A stretch of DNA of 64,000 nucleotides from Auanema rhodensis (lineage: Eukaryota; Animalia; Nematoda): assembly GCA_964057225.1 (NCBI GenBank), contig OZ059900.1:13640001-13704000 (forward strand). The letters run 5' to 3'. Below the pieces are notes generated by a model, which was given only the letters and a program-made list of their open reading frames with translations, had not been told where the DNA came from and searched no databases. Below, piece by piece: positions 24,708 through 39,900 of this stretch (positions are counted from its first letter, which is position 1; each line of letters opens with the position of its first letter). The position numbers and the translations under genes were made by a program.

Positions 24708-25424
24708 ATGAACAAAAATTGTATTTTTTTTGTTGTTTTATGTTTACTAATATTCAAAACTGATGCATTTTTAAATACTTCAAATAACAATACTACAAAT
24801 TATCAGCATAATTACATACCAAGAACAAGGTTTGTTATTAGCAGATTCCAAAAAAAAACATTTTATCAATTAAGGTCATTAAATGGAGCTCCTGCAACTG
24901 ATGGAGTTGAGAAATTTAACAATGAATTATACAGTCTTGTAACTCTTCACATATTGAAAGGAATCAATATCTTCAAAATCAGACAATTTAACGATCGTCA
25001 TTTTCTGGAACGAACAAGGAGACATTACTGGTTTGGAGATCGCTATTTTAGGCAGGTTAGTAAACGATAACATATTTTTCTTGAGCATTAAAAATAGGAC
25101 AATTTGTATTGGCTATCAACACGTGATACTTGCGCATATCGTATGAATGAAACTGAACGTGCACAGATTGTATACGAAGATAATTTACCAATTTTTGATA
25201 TATTCTATCAGTAAGTTGTTGTTTGTGGAATTTAAAATATCAAACATATATGTAGATGTCTACGTTACGAAGAATATTGTTGTGGTTTGAATTGCTGCCG
25301 TATGGAAAATTTCCCGAAGCAAATACAACGCAGAGAAGATCGTAATTTCAATAATAATATGTCTACTGCAATTCATTTATCCAAAATTTTCTTGACTTTT
25401 GTTATTGCTTTGCTATTGTTTTAA
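24708..25424 (+). CDS. Secreted/surface CX-module protein
   Basis: Signal peptide MNKNCIFFVVLCLLIFKTDA; RHYWFGDRYF...TCAYRMNETE...YEDNLPIFDIFYQCLRYEEYCCGLNCC matches the nematode CX module; hydrophobic C-terminal tail (possible GPI signal). Confidence 0.8.
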
Positions 25425-26144
25425 TTTTGATTAATTCGATATTGTGAATTCTTATTTCCTCAAAAACTTTTGAGTTTATGAAAAAAGTAAAGTGACTATA
25501 ATGATATAGTATCGAATATGAATTGAATAAACTCATGTTATCTTAGATTCAACTCAATATTTTCATTTGGGATTATTAAAGGTGTGAAACGAAGGTGAAT
25601 TTCCAGAAACAGGTTCGTTATACTGAGATTTTGAATTGTATTCAACGGTCAAATCACTATATCATTGAAATGATGAATTTCAGTTATAAAAAATATTATG
25701 AAACCATATGACATGAAAGCCAGAACAGGTGTTCTGTTAACCCAAATTCGTATATCATATTGTACATACAGTAAACATTAATTTTGAGATTAAAAGACTT
25801 TTTAACAAAAGAATGAATATTGCTGGATTAAGCCCAGCAAACCCAATACGGATTAAGCGTATGTTTATGGGTCATCGTGAATATGAGCTGGCAAACTGGT
25901 CAACTCGGTTGTGGACGAGTAGTTATCTGTATTATCCAGTCGGATATATATGATTACGATAAAGAGTGTTCATTGATGAAACTAGACAATTTATTAAGCA
26001 AGGAATTAGTTCAGGTAGAGATTACCAAACCAGCTTGAAAATTTTTATGATACCAATACCACCCATTTTCGTTATTCATATTACATATTGTACAGTGATC
26101 TGCACGCTGTTTTGTTTGAGCAACTATTACTGTACTAATTTGAT

Positions 26145-28211
26145 ATGCTCTCATTAATTATTTGCTTTATGATTAGCCATACCTGTGAGTTATAAGATCA
26201 CTCTATTTTACATTTTTTATCGTAAACTTTAGGTTATTCCTGTTTTCCTGGCCCTCTTGGCTTAGGTTATGGTCCCGTTTTGCCACCCCGTATGTTGTTT
26301 AGTTTTTGAACATTTTCAATAATGAATACTTATTGTAGCTGTTTATTATCCCAATCCTGGGATAGGTCCCTTCATGAACCCTAGAATTATGCCAGCTAGG
26401 TCAGAGCAACATATCTCTCCTCATGCTTCTGATGTTGTTAATAGAAACAGGCCTCGCGTTGAAATGATGTTAGATGAAGTTTGTCAAAGCACATTTTATG
26501 ATTTTAATTTCAACGTAATATGGTCTAATTTAGGCTCATCCTGTGTCTGCTTTGAGTTGTCCATTATTTGTTGAATCTAACAATTGCCGCTGGCGAAATA
26601 GTGGAGAAGATGAATTAGACTGGGCACCGGTTAATAGGGTGACGGGAGCAGATCAATGGTTCCCTTATTTAGAAGTTCAAACATTTCCTGGTATATATCA
26701 TTATCTTGTAGAAAAAATTGATTTGAAATTTTCTTCAGATCAATTTGCTGGAGCATTAATTTCTGGTCCCCGACAAGGATGGGAAGGTGGCCGCTTAGAA
26801 TCAGACGCTATGCCATGCATCGGAGAAGGCATACGTCTAACAGCGACAGTTTGGAGATCAAAAAATTCTGATGTTGGGAATGAACCCAAGATTCAAGTAA
26901 TATCTCTTTCCCTTTGACTTACTTTCATTTCCCTGTTTGAGGTCTGCACAAGAAATCAAGGAGAAGAGCGTATGCCTTTAATCAATTGTGTTGATTTTGA
27001 AATTCGTAATGGTGTTCCAATGACAGTTGATGTGGCACCTGCTAATGATCTCCATGTTCCAGCACAAGTATTTTTGTTATTGTTTTAGTAATAAAATGCC
27101 TTTGTTCAGATTGTTATTAATGGATACAATTTTATGGGCCCTGCTGGAGGGGCACTTTTCCTACAAGATATTGTCTTACAAGGAACAACATCGTGTTCCT
27201 ACGAAGAAGTTGACAATGCGATACAATCTCAAGATCATGAAGATATAATGAAACCAACTATTATTGATACTGCAGTACCCAATATTATATTCCGTGATGT
27301 TTGTTCATATTTTCTGACAAGATATATTTTAATTATACGTATTATCAGGTACAGCGTGGAGATCAAGCGCTCGTTTCAATAAACTCTCCGGCAGCAATTG
27401 TTCAGAAACAAAAAAGCCCGTCTATGCATAATTTTGAAAGCAATCCTACTTTGATATCGTCTCTTTCTGCGCCTGCCACCCAAGGACTTAAAACTAATGC
27501 TCCCACTTTATTTGAGAGCTGTATGGCATTAGCTTGTAATCCATCAGGTAACACAAATTGTTACAAATGCGTTAATTTGTTTCATATTTTTCAAGATCTT
27601 AATTGTAAATTTTGGAGATCATCGGGTGTAAACCTTTGGGAAATAGGTACAGCTAATAGAGCTGCTAACCCCTTGACTGGAATCACCAGTGGTCCAGGCA
27701 CTGGTAAACCCCTTATTATTCCAAAAAAAACTAATTTTATAGTTTCAGTCAGAAAATTCCTTGTTGCATCTTTTATGGATGCAAATGTGAATAACTATAT
27801 TTTGGTATCAGACGCAATTTTGGTACCTGAAGGATCACCCACTTATTTCTGTTTTTACGAATACTTTGCAACAGAAGGACTGACATTATCGATCTGCACC
27901 AGCTCAATGGATTGCTTCTATCGGAAAAATAATTTAACCATGTCACCCAGTGTTGATGTATGTATTTGGTCACGATAACATTTAGTTCAAATTTTTTTTT
28001 CAGGAAAACAGAAAATGGAATATCCGTTGTCCTCAACTGCCTAGTGGTTTTTATCAGGTATTAGTATAATATATGAATGTGCCTTCATCTGTGTGTTATG
28101 CTTTTTCAGATCAGAGTAATTGCTGAAAACAGAGGTCAGAATAAAGGAGAAGCAGGATTTCTACCAATTCGATTATCGCGAGACCCCGAAGGTCTTGATT
28201 TCATATGTTAG
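26145..28211 (+). CDS. Secreted nematode MAM-domain protein (two MAM-like repeats)
   Basis: Signal peptide MLSLIICFMISHTCYS; two repeats starting LSC......NCRWRNSGEDELDW and LAC......NCKFWRSSGVNLW, with LESDAMPC and LVSDAIL strands; GALFLQDIVLQG; stop TAG at 28209-28211. Confidence 0.75.
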
Positions 28212-30289
28212 ACACTCTACTGAAACATCGATATTTCAATCTTTTGCACTGTTTTTTTTTCAAATTTATATATCAGATCTCGAACATACAATGGCTTTGT
28301 TAGATTTCGTAACAAACAATGAATCTTAGAAATAACACATTTGCATTACTTCAATACAATAAATACATAACTGCTTCATACGAAAAGAATTCACTTTTGA
28401 AGAGTAAGTTAAGCGATTTACGTATTCAATTATTAAGGATTGAGTGAACTATAGCAGAATGTTGTTGATAATTGAATAAATAATACAAATAAACCTATGG
28501 AATATGGAAAAAGTTGAGATTCTATATTGAAAATTTGAATACATTTTGTATTTTTATTTTATAATTTTATATAATCTTTGTCATTAATGAGTTAAATATT
28601 TTTTGAAATGTATATGATTGTTATACACATACATATGTACGTTTTTAATCTTATTTAGTTATCTTTTTAAATTTTTTCATTTCAAAATGCTGATACTATC
28701 AACAGTTCAATTAAGATTTTATGTGAATTTCTGTTCTGCTCATCATTTCGTCAACAAGAAACCTACTATATTGACTCAGAACAAATGACGTCAGTAGAAT
28801 CCAATCGTACAATCATACTTTGAACTCATTTTTTTCTACACATGTTCTCTTTCATATAAAAAATAATTTATAATTTGAAAAATTTGAAAAAAGATATTTC
28901 TAACATAAGAAACTGCAATAAAAATATTAAATTATGTTGAGAAATAACAAAAACTGCTTACTGTTACCTCATTTTCCATTTTGAAAAAATGTATTTTAAA
29001 TTCAATATATGTATACATTGACAGAATTGATTTTAAATTCCTACATGTAGTTTGCGTTCTATTGCTCTAAATTGGTCACTTATGGTTTCCGGTTGTCCTT
29101 CCCTTTTAGAGGGCTGATTGTCTAATTTGTTTTATTATGCAAATTTTATTTCTGAATTCGATTGTTCGAGATGAGAGTCAGTTTTTGTTCTTTCTCTTAA
29201 TTGAATAGTTTTATTTTTTTGAATTTAATTCATATTTATTTGAAGGAAAATATATTATAAGCTTTTTTCTCCAAATTGACCGGGGAAATAGCACCAAAAT
29301 AAAATTATTTATCCACAAATGATTGCTCAATGTTGATATTGTGACTCGAAAACTGAATTTTAAGTTGATCGATAGGTTTATAACCAGTTAGCTGTTAATT
29401 TTGTTCGGAATATGTGTGATTTAATCATAAGAGAAACTTTACGTGTGTAAATGTTGTACCAACAACTACATTGGCTCCTTCTAACTTCAACAATATACTT
29501 ATAAACTAACATTTTTTATTCCACTATTTGTTTTCTCATTATGCCGCCCAGACGGCTCTCAAATAAAATTGAGAGACTTTTTATCCAATCTTCAAAATTT
29601 CAAGCAAAGATATTGAAGAAACGTTTCAAAGTTTTTTTTTATTATAGCCACTTAAACAAAGTTTCAAATTATAATAAGCTATTCTGTATGCAATTTTTCA
29701 TGTGAAAATTTTACACTTTGAATCATTTATCATTATTTCATGCTAATATTTTAATTATAAATTCATTGCGTATGGTGGAAATGAGGACAGAACTTTGTTG
29801 TAAGAACGACAGGCTAAAATCTGTTCATTACTACAAAAGTTTGTGATTATGAATTGTATTCGTACAATTCGTAATATTTTATGAGAACAGAACAGAAAAA
29901 TAGATTTAGATCAATTTCTTACATGCTAAAAGCAATTTTCCGACTAAGCTTAAGACTTCTGTTAAATTGCGCTTTTCCGGTAGGAAACATGCGCTAGTTT
30001 GTACTGAGTGTATTCGAAAATTTTGTTAAATATCTGTTTCTTTCACAATAAGAGACTGATTTCTTGAATAGCTTGTTAATTGAGCTCCTCCAACAAGATA
30101 TCTTTCTAAGAATTATAGTTATAATTCGATATTACGAAAATATAAGAAACGTGATTGCGATGCTGCAGTCGCTTGATTCGTTTATGCGTAATATAATTTC
30201 CCTAAGTATCTTCTTTTTTGCTCGCTGCGTCATACTTCAAGAGCATTTCTCCGTTTATTCAGATTCTTCTTCGCTAAGAGCTAGTTCCA

Positions 30290-30640
30290 GATGGCTGCTA
30301 ATCAGGAAAGCTTCATTCTGGTCTGATTCTCTCTCGTTCTCTCTTTCTATGCTATACGTTCTGTCTTGCTCTTTCCTCTCATCCTCTATGTCTCTTTTAT
30401 CTCTTTTTAGATGTTTGTTCCTACATATCCTATCTCGCTCATCCCTCTTTCTTTCTACTTTTTCGTCTCTTACTTCCTGGTATTTGTGCTCTTCTTTTCA
30501 GAGCATTATATTAACGAATGAGAGAGCATGCAATATCAAGAGCTTTGAAAATTAACATTCATAGAGAGAGAGAGAGAGAAGCGATTAGAGATAGATATAT
30601 AGATAGATAAGAGACGACTGCTAAAATGAGATAGAGACTG
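30290..30640. promoter_or_regulatory. CT-rich then GA-rich (GAGA-type) tract upstream of the first fox-1 coding exon
   Basis: Dense CT/GA runs ~300-600 bp before ATG 30924; a regulatory role is inferred from position only. Confidence 0.35.
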
Positions 30641-30923
30641 AGAAGACTTGAAGCCAAATCTGTTCGCGCTTTGCTAGAAGACGATATAGCTGCCTCCAAC
30701 CAATCCAATCAGACATCCAGAAAGACATTCAGCAAGTAGTGCACAAGTGTATGTCTGTTCGCTGTACGCTAAAAAGATAACGTAGTTCATTTTCCAAGCC
30801 AATTTTTACCAAACAGTTGCTTGAAGCATTTCGTAGCGATTGTGTATCATTCACGTCATTACAATCTAAATATTGGTCCGGTGAACTCAAGCAGTTTCTT
30901 CTCTCCTGACCACATCTATTATA

Positions 30924-33900
30924 ATGGATAGTTCAGCAATCGCTACAGAGCAGATTTTGCCATCATCTTCATCGGTATTTAGCGAAACTCCTCCTGTCAC
31001 TGCAAATAATGAAATTATATCATCTCGAGTTCTATGCTCGCCCTTAGTTTCAATTTCTAAAACACCTGAACAGGTTAGTTAATACTTCATTATTACAAAC
31101 ATGAATATTGAAATACAGAGTTTCTAAGTAATCAACCATAAATCAAAAATACTGAATAACTCATGTTTCATTTTCATGAAAAGCTTCCTGAAATGATATA
31201 TAGTTTTGGATTAAATCTAATCCCTATTTCACTATTCTGAATCCATGCATTCCCGAATAATTTTAAATGCATTTCCACTATACTTCAAATTGATTTTATT
31301 GTAGTTTATTAGTTTTGTATGTCTCAAATGCACTTATTTTCTTCTAAAATCTGCAAAAAATTGGAACCAATTTGACTATTTGAATAACGATTGTTCATTT
31401 ATGAATGTACATCAAGCAAATAGCCTCATTTTCTGAATTGAAATATGAAACATTAGTATCATCTCCGGAAATTGTGCAACACAAAGTTGACTCTAAGTTG
31501 TTTTTGATACTAATATTTTTAACAGATTTCTTAGAAAATTAAATTAGAAATATTTTTGTTTATTTTTCGTTTTGAACATCTGCAAATATGACGTATTTCT
31601 TATAAGTTTGAGAAAAAAAGAACAAAATAGTAAATACATTTGACTCTCAAGTGTCAAAACTTCTTCAATTCTGTGTTATTTTACTACAATTTTCGACACC
31701 TAGTTGTATGAAGAAAAAACTTTTTCTCAAGCTTTTTTAGACTTTTTGATAAAATCGTTCTCAAGTGAAATATTTCTTTCAATATTGCCTTATTTCACTA
31801 TATTTACTTCCTTTTGAAAAGATTATCTTATGTCATGAATTATACTGACGTCTATCCATTTTTTTGACTTTGTTTCGAGAGCAAATATGAAAGAAATAAA
31901 AGGGATAACTGTCAATACCAGTGAAGTTATCTCAAGATATTGCTTTTATTTGTACAGTGATCTGTAGATATCCGTCTTCTCACTATACAATCATAGTTTT
32001 CTTCTTTTTAAATCGGCATAGTCATAAACAAATACGCTAGTAATAGAAAAAGAATATTTATGACAATGTACACAAAGAGGAATCAAATCACTCTATGATG
32101 ATGTTTAATGCTGATGTGATAACCTTTAAGAAAAAATGAGGCTAATTCGCCAAAAGGTTTATATCTCTCTTTTCGCATATTGAAAACCTCAAAACATATT
32201 GAAAAAATAGGCTATTATAAGGTATGCCAGCCATTGATATATCATCTTTGTTCTATCGCGTTCTGATGTTGCTAACATTTCTTTTTTATTCATATCTTCA
32301 CATAGTTTATAATTTATATTATGAGGATGAAATTTCTAACTATGTTGATATTTTAGAAAACTACTCTAATCAACAAAATGAAGAAATCGTAGTATAACTC
32401 ATGCACGTTAACTAGAAATAACAACCAATGTGACGTATGCAGTGGAAAAACTATTAAACAGCCTTAAGAATAGTATAATATGTCTATGTATGTACATGGG
32501 TGTGCGTGTGTCTCTGGCTGCCTTGCCATCCATCTCATAATTGTCCAAAACATTCCGAGTTTTGCTAATCCACCATGCAATCCAAGCCGTGCGACTCAAG
32601 AATTTCCAGAACTAATATTGTGAAGCTTCTTTGACTATAAAATTGAACATTCGAAGAAATGGTTTCTCCCCCAAAGGCTTACTTTATGCTTTTCATTTTT
32701 TTTTATTCAAAGAAATTTAAAACAAGCTCTGTTATAACATTTTTTTTAAACAATAGTTTGCATAGTTTACCATTATTTGATAAAAAACAATTAAAAACTT
32801 TAGAAAATTTAAGATAATTTACGATCAGATAGTTGAAATATAAAATAAAATGTTCTTTTTTGACATTGAGAAGACGAATCATATTAATATTTTGTTTTAT
32901 TACACATGCATTAGCAATATTTTTTATTATCCAGTAAATTAGATTAATATACTATATATTTCCCCGTTCTTCTAATACTTTGAAATATTATATTGATTGA
33001 TAAGTTGTGTTGGTTTCTTCACTTTACCTTTTTATTTCTTATTTTCCCTAGAATATATTATGGTGTTTTTTCTCGGTGTTTACTTTTAATATATAAGAAA
33101 TTCTTCAATGATTTTATTGCTAGAATTCTTAAAGCGTCTAAATTCTTTTTCATTCAGTTGTATATTATTTTGCTATTCAAAACAACTGCATTGTCGATAA
33201 AAACGAAAACTCATTCGGCATATTTTCTTGTTCAAAACATTCAGTAAAGCTGCACAAGGCTCTTAATTATTTTTTGATCTTAACGTTATTTAATTCAATA
33301 GTTTTGGCTCAGTTTGAATGTTTTTAAAATAAACTTCTACTTACTTATATCACTTAGTCGAGAAGTGGAAACTGAATATAAACGCTAGTTAATTCAGTGA
33401 AGCACAAGGCTCATGATGTAGCGTTGTGAAATTACTTACGCCATTCTTCTAAATACATACGACAATCTTCATATCCAAGAGTCAATCAATAATAAACAAT
33501 TTACATCATCCGAGAATGTTTTCTTAGCTTCAGCACAATTTGTCCCATTTTTTGTTAATATTAAAAATGTTCTATTTTTTATTATATTCACATTTTCAAA
33601 TTGATCAACTTGTCCGTTCGATATATTTCAATACATTTGCTTACATGATTGAATCTAAATGAAATAAATTCAAGAACATGATTGAAAGCTTTTAATTTGA
33701 CATGACATCAGCTTTAAGTTTCTTAGCTAGCCCATTTGGATAAAAGCCTAGTGTTCTTGTTGACAGCCCAAAATCCTTATGCATCAGCCTAGCCTGGCCA
33801 TCAGAATGCAATTGAGAAAATGCTATTAAGAATTGGCAAATAAAGACGAACAATAAATTAATGACGTCAGAAAATTTAACGTTTGTAAAATGAAGTAAAA

Positions 33901-36900
33901 TTTTTATCCTTGCATTGAAATTTATAGCATTTTTTGTTTTCTGATGCATAAAAAATCTATTTTAAAAATGTTGTAATTGCTAATGCATTCGTTTTTTTTT
34001 CACCAATTCTTTCACGTTTTTCTAACTGATCTTCAAAAGCAATATCATTGAATTTTATAGAAGTAGCTAGTAGTGTGTACTTTCTACGATAATCAATCAA
34101 AAAAAAAAGAAATATTATCAAAGAAAGCATATTAAAGTTTTGTTAAATAAAAACAATACTTGTTTCATTTCCATTTTCAACAGAATATTGAAAATATTTT
34201 TTTATTTCATTTTAACATTCAGAATTTCTTATTTTTATATTTGGCCGATTTTGGACACTCAAGATAGAAGAAGGCGTAATAAAATTTGCTATTCAGCTTC
34301 CTCGGCAGCCAGTTTACTATATTTCCTAATTATTTTTGACAGAATTGAAACGCAATTTTACTGATTTCATTTGACGCTTATAAAATCGCAGTAAAATAGC
34401 ATCGTTGTACGTAAATTAGCCGAATAAAGACGCAAATCTGATTTTACTGAGATTCTTCAGCTAAAAGATACTTTTCCATGAAGTAGTTAAGAGATATTCA
34501 TTCTTTTCCTATTTGAAATAACGTTTTATACATCATTTTTGATGCAAAACTGTTAGTCTTTCTAATTGATTGTATTAGCTGAAGCTCAAATCTGACATCT
34601 GTCATAAACTTTAGGATTTTATTTAAATGTGCGTTTATAATCTATTTCTCTAATAAAATAATCCAGAGGCTTATGTTGTGCAAGTGAATACATATGAAGC
34701 ACTTTTCCGATTTAGCATATAGTATATACCCTCTTATAAACATTGAATAATTGTGCCATACTTATGTTACTAATGTATGCCTGCTCTCAGTTCCAAAGAC
34801 AGCAGGTGACCTAAGTAGCTAGAGCAATTCTAGAGAGAACTAGATGAGAATCTTGTGAGATTTAGAGTAAAGAAAGAAGTAGTATAATATGGAGAGGGTA
34901 GGACAAATGCTTCTCAACAACATCAGCAGGGAGGGCAATCATAAGAGCTTGGCCTCTCTTATTCTGTCTTTCTTTCTCTTTTTGTCTAACCAGTTTCTCT
35001 CTTTCTCTCTTCGATGTATATACATTGGCCACTCCTTGCGAGTTTCAGGTCAACGCTATCTCTAACTGTGACTTGCTTTTATTGTGCCATGTTTGTTGAC
35101 TCTAGAAACCTAGGCAATCTCTGACTGATCTAGTTGCGAATATCGTTTTATTTATCTAACTTTTTATCTTGTTTTTAATTCAATAAGTTTAGTAATTTAT
35201 AAATTGAATCATGTTCAATTTATTTTTATATAATGTACTTGAGTTATTAAATCATATTTGATATTCACTTAACATTTTCATTAAATACAAATTATGTGAA
35301 AGTGGTTATTTCATTCGTTTTTTTCTTGCTCTTTGCGCTATATTGTGTGTGAGGTAAATATATATATATATATTGTTGAATGATTGATGAAACAAATCAA
35401 ACAAAACTGTTATAGACTCTTGTAATTTCACTACTACCTCACATAGAACTTGTATCCATGTCATGACGATATCAAAAAGCGAATTTTTCTGTTATATAAA
35501 GAGGTAGATAAGAATCAAAATAGAAATCGATTGTTGTCGAAAATAAAAATCAGCCAAGAATTTGATCGATTCTAATTGAGTCCCATTTCGTTTGTGCATC
35601 TTGTTATCTGACAAAACTTCTTTCCTTCTTCCTTTTTTTGCATAAATGCTTTTGAAATAATATTAGTTTCATATAAACGAAAAGCTGATGTGTTATATGC
35701 CTACTAGTCTTTACTCAACAACAATCTAACTTAATTCTATTTTTCATCCTTCTTGTCGCTTTCTAAAGCTTGTTATTATTTATTTCATAGCTATTAATAG
35801 GCTCAAATCGATCGTATGAAACTATTTTTATAGCGTTTTTATTAGGTTTGAGAATGAAAATATCAACCAACTTTTAATTGAATTGAAATGAAAATAATAG
35901 TTTTGTATCAAAGAAAAAACTTATTTTTCATTCGGAAAATTTCGAACAACTAAAAAATCTTCTGTGAACCGATATCTGTATGTTCGTTTTCAAGTTTGTC
36001 AATTTTTACAGAACATGCTCAATAATGTTTTCTTAAAAAGTCTAATATTATTCAGTTGTTTATTAAAGCTTCTTTCTTCATATTATCAATTTTCTGCTAT
36101 ATCAGCTCTAACTACAATTAATCAAGTTAGCTATTCCTATGAGTTTAAACTTTTTTTCTATTCTTCTAGAAAAAATACTCATGCGTAATCTTTATGGTAC
36201 CAAGATATTTATATAAGAACATGCTATCGAGTCATTACAATGCTCAAGTGGCCATCTGCTTGCCTGAATTTGGCAAGCCTCCAAAAAAGACGAACGAATA
36301 ATGACAGAAGAGGTCAATTCCAAACATCTGGCATGGTAATTAGAAAAATTATAACGGCTGCCTGCTTTAAATCTGCGTCCAAAATCAAGTTTTTGAGTCA
36401 ATTTTTTCCTTACTTTAAAGTGGTCCTATCATTCGCTATTTTACGCAAAATCTTTTATACTTCAGTTCCTACACACAAAAAAACTGAAAAATAAAAAAAC
36501 TTCACTTATGCATAAGTCTTCATGTAATTTATAGATGCTTGCATAGTCTAAAATTTATCTTGTTGAATTGCCTTTTTTTTTAAATGCTGAGGCTATCCAT
36601 TCATTTCTAACTTCTTGAGAATAGCCATATGCCAATTCCATCAGAAACCAAATGAGTAAGGAAGGACATGAAGAGGTGAGAGGAACAGAAACCGCGGCGC
36701 AATAGACTCGCGTCGCGACATATCTTTTTATGGTTCAGAAGGACGCCACAATACTCATTTCTTATTCGAATCTTTCCCGCGTTTTTCGCCTCACCACTAG
36801 AATACCCTCTCTCTATATGCCTGTGATTTTGTTAGAGCAGAACATACACATAATATAGACGACAGAAGCTTTTGAAGCATAAGCAGCCCATCTCTCTTCT

Positions 36901-39900
36901 TTGAATTTATAAGTGTAAACCAGTTACAAACTAAGCTTACGTTAACTTTGTGCAGTTTACTTATAAGGAAGTTAGAAAATATGTTGGTTGGACCAGCTAT
37001 TTCCACTTTAATTCCTATATCATCTCAAGTTCAGGTAAGATCGCTTTCATTACAAGTATTTCAAATTTGTACTCATGAATATGAATTTTCTCTCAACTTC
37101 CATATCTGAAAATATTATTTTTTTCAATTTTGTTTTTTTCACTTATGAACAAATCAAGAGTTTTATTCTTTAATATCAGATTGAAAATAGATTTATTCAA
37201 TTATAAAAGATGATACTGCCTTATTTCATTTATTTTGCTTTATAATTTAATTCAATTAAGGCTCATCTTTGGATTTCAGATTGAATTAAGAATATCGTTT
37301 GCTTACGTTGCCATTCTATGAGAAAAAGCTGCGAAATATCTTTCTATGCTTTTTTTCTCTTAAAAACTTGCAACTTAGTTATTTGGCAATGTTCTTATAG
37401 ACTTTGAAAAAAATTTATTTATAACGTAGAGTATTAATTGCAAATTTGAAAAAAATTCAAATTGTACCCTGTGCTAAAGAAGTAATGGAAAGTCTTGTTT
37501 TCGGCTTATTAAACTCAACAATCAAAAATCATGGATGTCGCAATCCGAGTTCCCTCTTCTTCTTTGTCTATCGATCAATACTGTGAGTGAGCGGCTCGTT
37601 TGTTCTCTACCTCTCTGGTTCACCTCTTTCTCTAATACCGATATAACATTTCGCATTGATTGTTCGTAGTTTCATTTTAACCAAGTGAACATTTTGGATA
37701 TCGATCTTTTCTTCTTCTCTTCTATCATCATCTTGAAGAAGCTAAAGACACACCGAGCTAATTCCCAACACTTTCTCACTTATTTCTCTAATATATATAT
37801 ATATACACATAAAATTTGAACATTCACTATAATATCTGAAATATCGAGATATTGTATCCAAGATCCTTCTAGATATTTCAAAGTTGGTTAATCGCAATTC
37901 AAAAATCTTCATATTTTTATAATAGAAAATCAGTGAATATTAACATTTTGAGACATTGAAATGCAATGTTTTATATTGCAAAAATATATTTTTTTTTGCT
38001 GTATTTCATATTCGAATTTTTCGAATTTTATTCTTTCACTGTATTGCAATTTTTTTAGCAGCTACAAACCATGCAGTCGCTGTATCAATTATCCGGTAGT
38101 GGTAGCGTTGCTATACCTGGAACTACAGGAGCATCAACTGGCCAGTCAACCTTGGATTCACTAATGCCATCTTCTCTCCCGCCTGCATTACTTCAGCAGT
38201 TACAGCAGGCTGCACACCAACAACATCTGGCAGCGGTATCCGTTGGTAAGTCTCCTATAATACATTCATTATTGCTCCAGCTGCCTGGCAGTTATTATCT
38301 TTTTTATTACAAATATGTCTGAAAAATCATTAAATCCCAATCAGTGTCAATTCAGTGACAATTTTTGAACTGGAAAATGTCCCTAAATGTGAAACCAGTG
38401 CAAACCTATTACAAGGAGAGATCATGAGAAAAGATACAACGATTATATTTCTGAAAACAGTCGTAGAAAAATTATTTTCTTAGTACAATGAAATGAACTA
38501 AAAAGAAAAAATCTCACAAAGTCTGACAGGCAGAAAATTAAAGACAGTTGTAATTTTCTATGCTCTGCGCACAAAACGGATATTAAGAATCATTATTTGA
38601 TATTCCTATTCAAGTTTTTCCCCTTTTCAATTTTGAACAATTTTTTGAAAATATTAATATAATAAATCCTACTTTTTGAACATAAAATACAAATATAATT
38701 TACAATATGTTAAACGTTTTTCACGGAATTATATATTGAAGATCAAATACTGTACTCATTTCTATTAAAATTCTATTTCATCTCTCTCGCTTATTTGCTA
38801 TTTTTATACAACTTTTGACAGCTACTTCAACATTGAAAATATATTCAACGTCATTATTCTGATAATCTCCAAATCTGGTTTCACTGCTCTGGATGAAAAT
38901 TATTTTTTTCATCCTGAATAACGATGGGTACAGTTTTAAACTAGAAAATATACATATATAGTATAACAAATGCTATGTTCGCATTGTATATATTGGACAA
39001 TTGGCATTCTAAAGAATATAAACAAAACCAAAAATGCATGATTTACTGTGTGCATGTAATACCATTATGGCAATGATATGTAATATCCAGCTCAGCAATT
39101 GCTTATGATATTGATGCCTTTATTCAAGTCTCACTTTGTTTATTATTCAATCTAATCAAATTCTGCACGCTTGAAGTTATGTTTAATAATAATTTTTATT
39201 TTGTCAATGAGAGCCAAAACAAATTCAACATTTTTGAGGAATCAACGCTTTAAAACTTTATATTTCTTAATTTTTAAATGGGTATATCACAAGCTTATGT
39301 AATAATATCTCTTCAATTTATTAGAGGATGTTTTTCTTCCACTGATGAACCACTCAATAATGATTATGGTAGCTGGTTCTTAGAAAGGCTCTTTTCATTC
39401 GCATGCTGAAATAAAAGCAGTTCTCAAGTACTTTTCAATCATAGCTTACCTCCTTTTATTCATTTGCGTTGACCTCATTCATAATTATTTTGCAAACGAA
39501 TGTTCTCAATGTCGGAACTCCTGTAATTACTATCTTGCTGTATTTTTAAGCATATCTGCTAGTAGTTATATTTATTATTCAATTTTGAATTATTGGTTAC
39601 ATGTAAAATTAGAAGCTGTATTTAGGAGTATACACAAAACATATAGCTTTTTTTCACATAATTTACATATAATGATTATATTGAAAGCATATTTTGTTCA
39701 AACCTCAAATTATTTCTTATTGAAAAAAATGCTCTTTAACTGTATCAATCGCCTCAATTACGTAGTGCTTCAATATCAATCAGATAGTTAAATTAAGTTC
39801 TGAAACTATTTTTTCTCTTATTACTAACGTTGTTCAGCTAACGGTGTGTTTTATTGTAGCGAGCATGCAGTCACACAATGGAATGATCTTGCAAGGTGCT

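Noticed and set aside
37497-37515. TTCGGCTTATTA resembling the U2 snRNA 5' stem
   Set aside because: No branch-point pairing sequence (GTGTAGTA) or Sm site follows; chance match.
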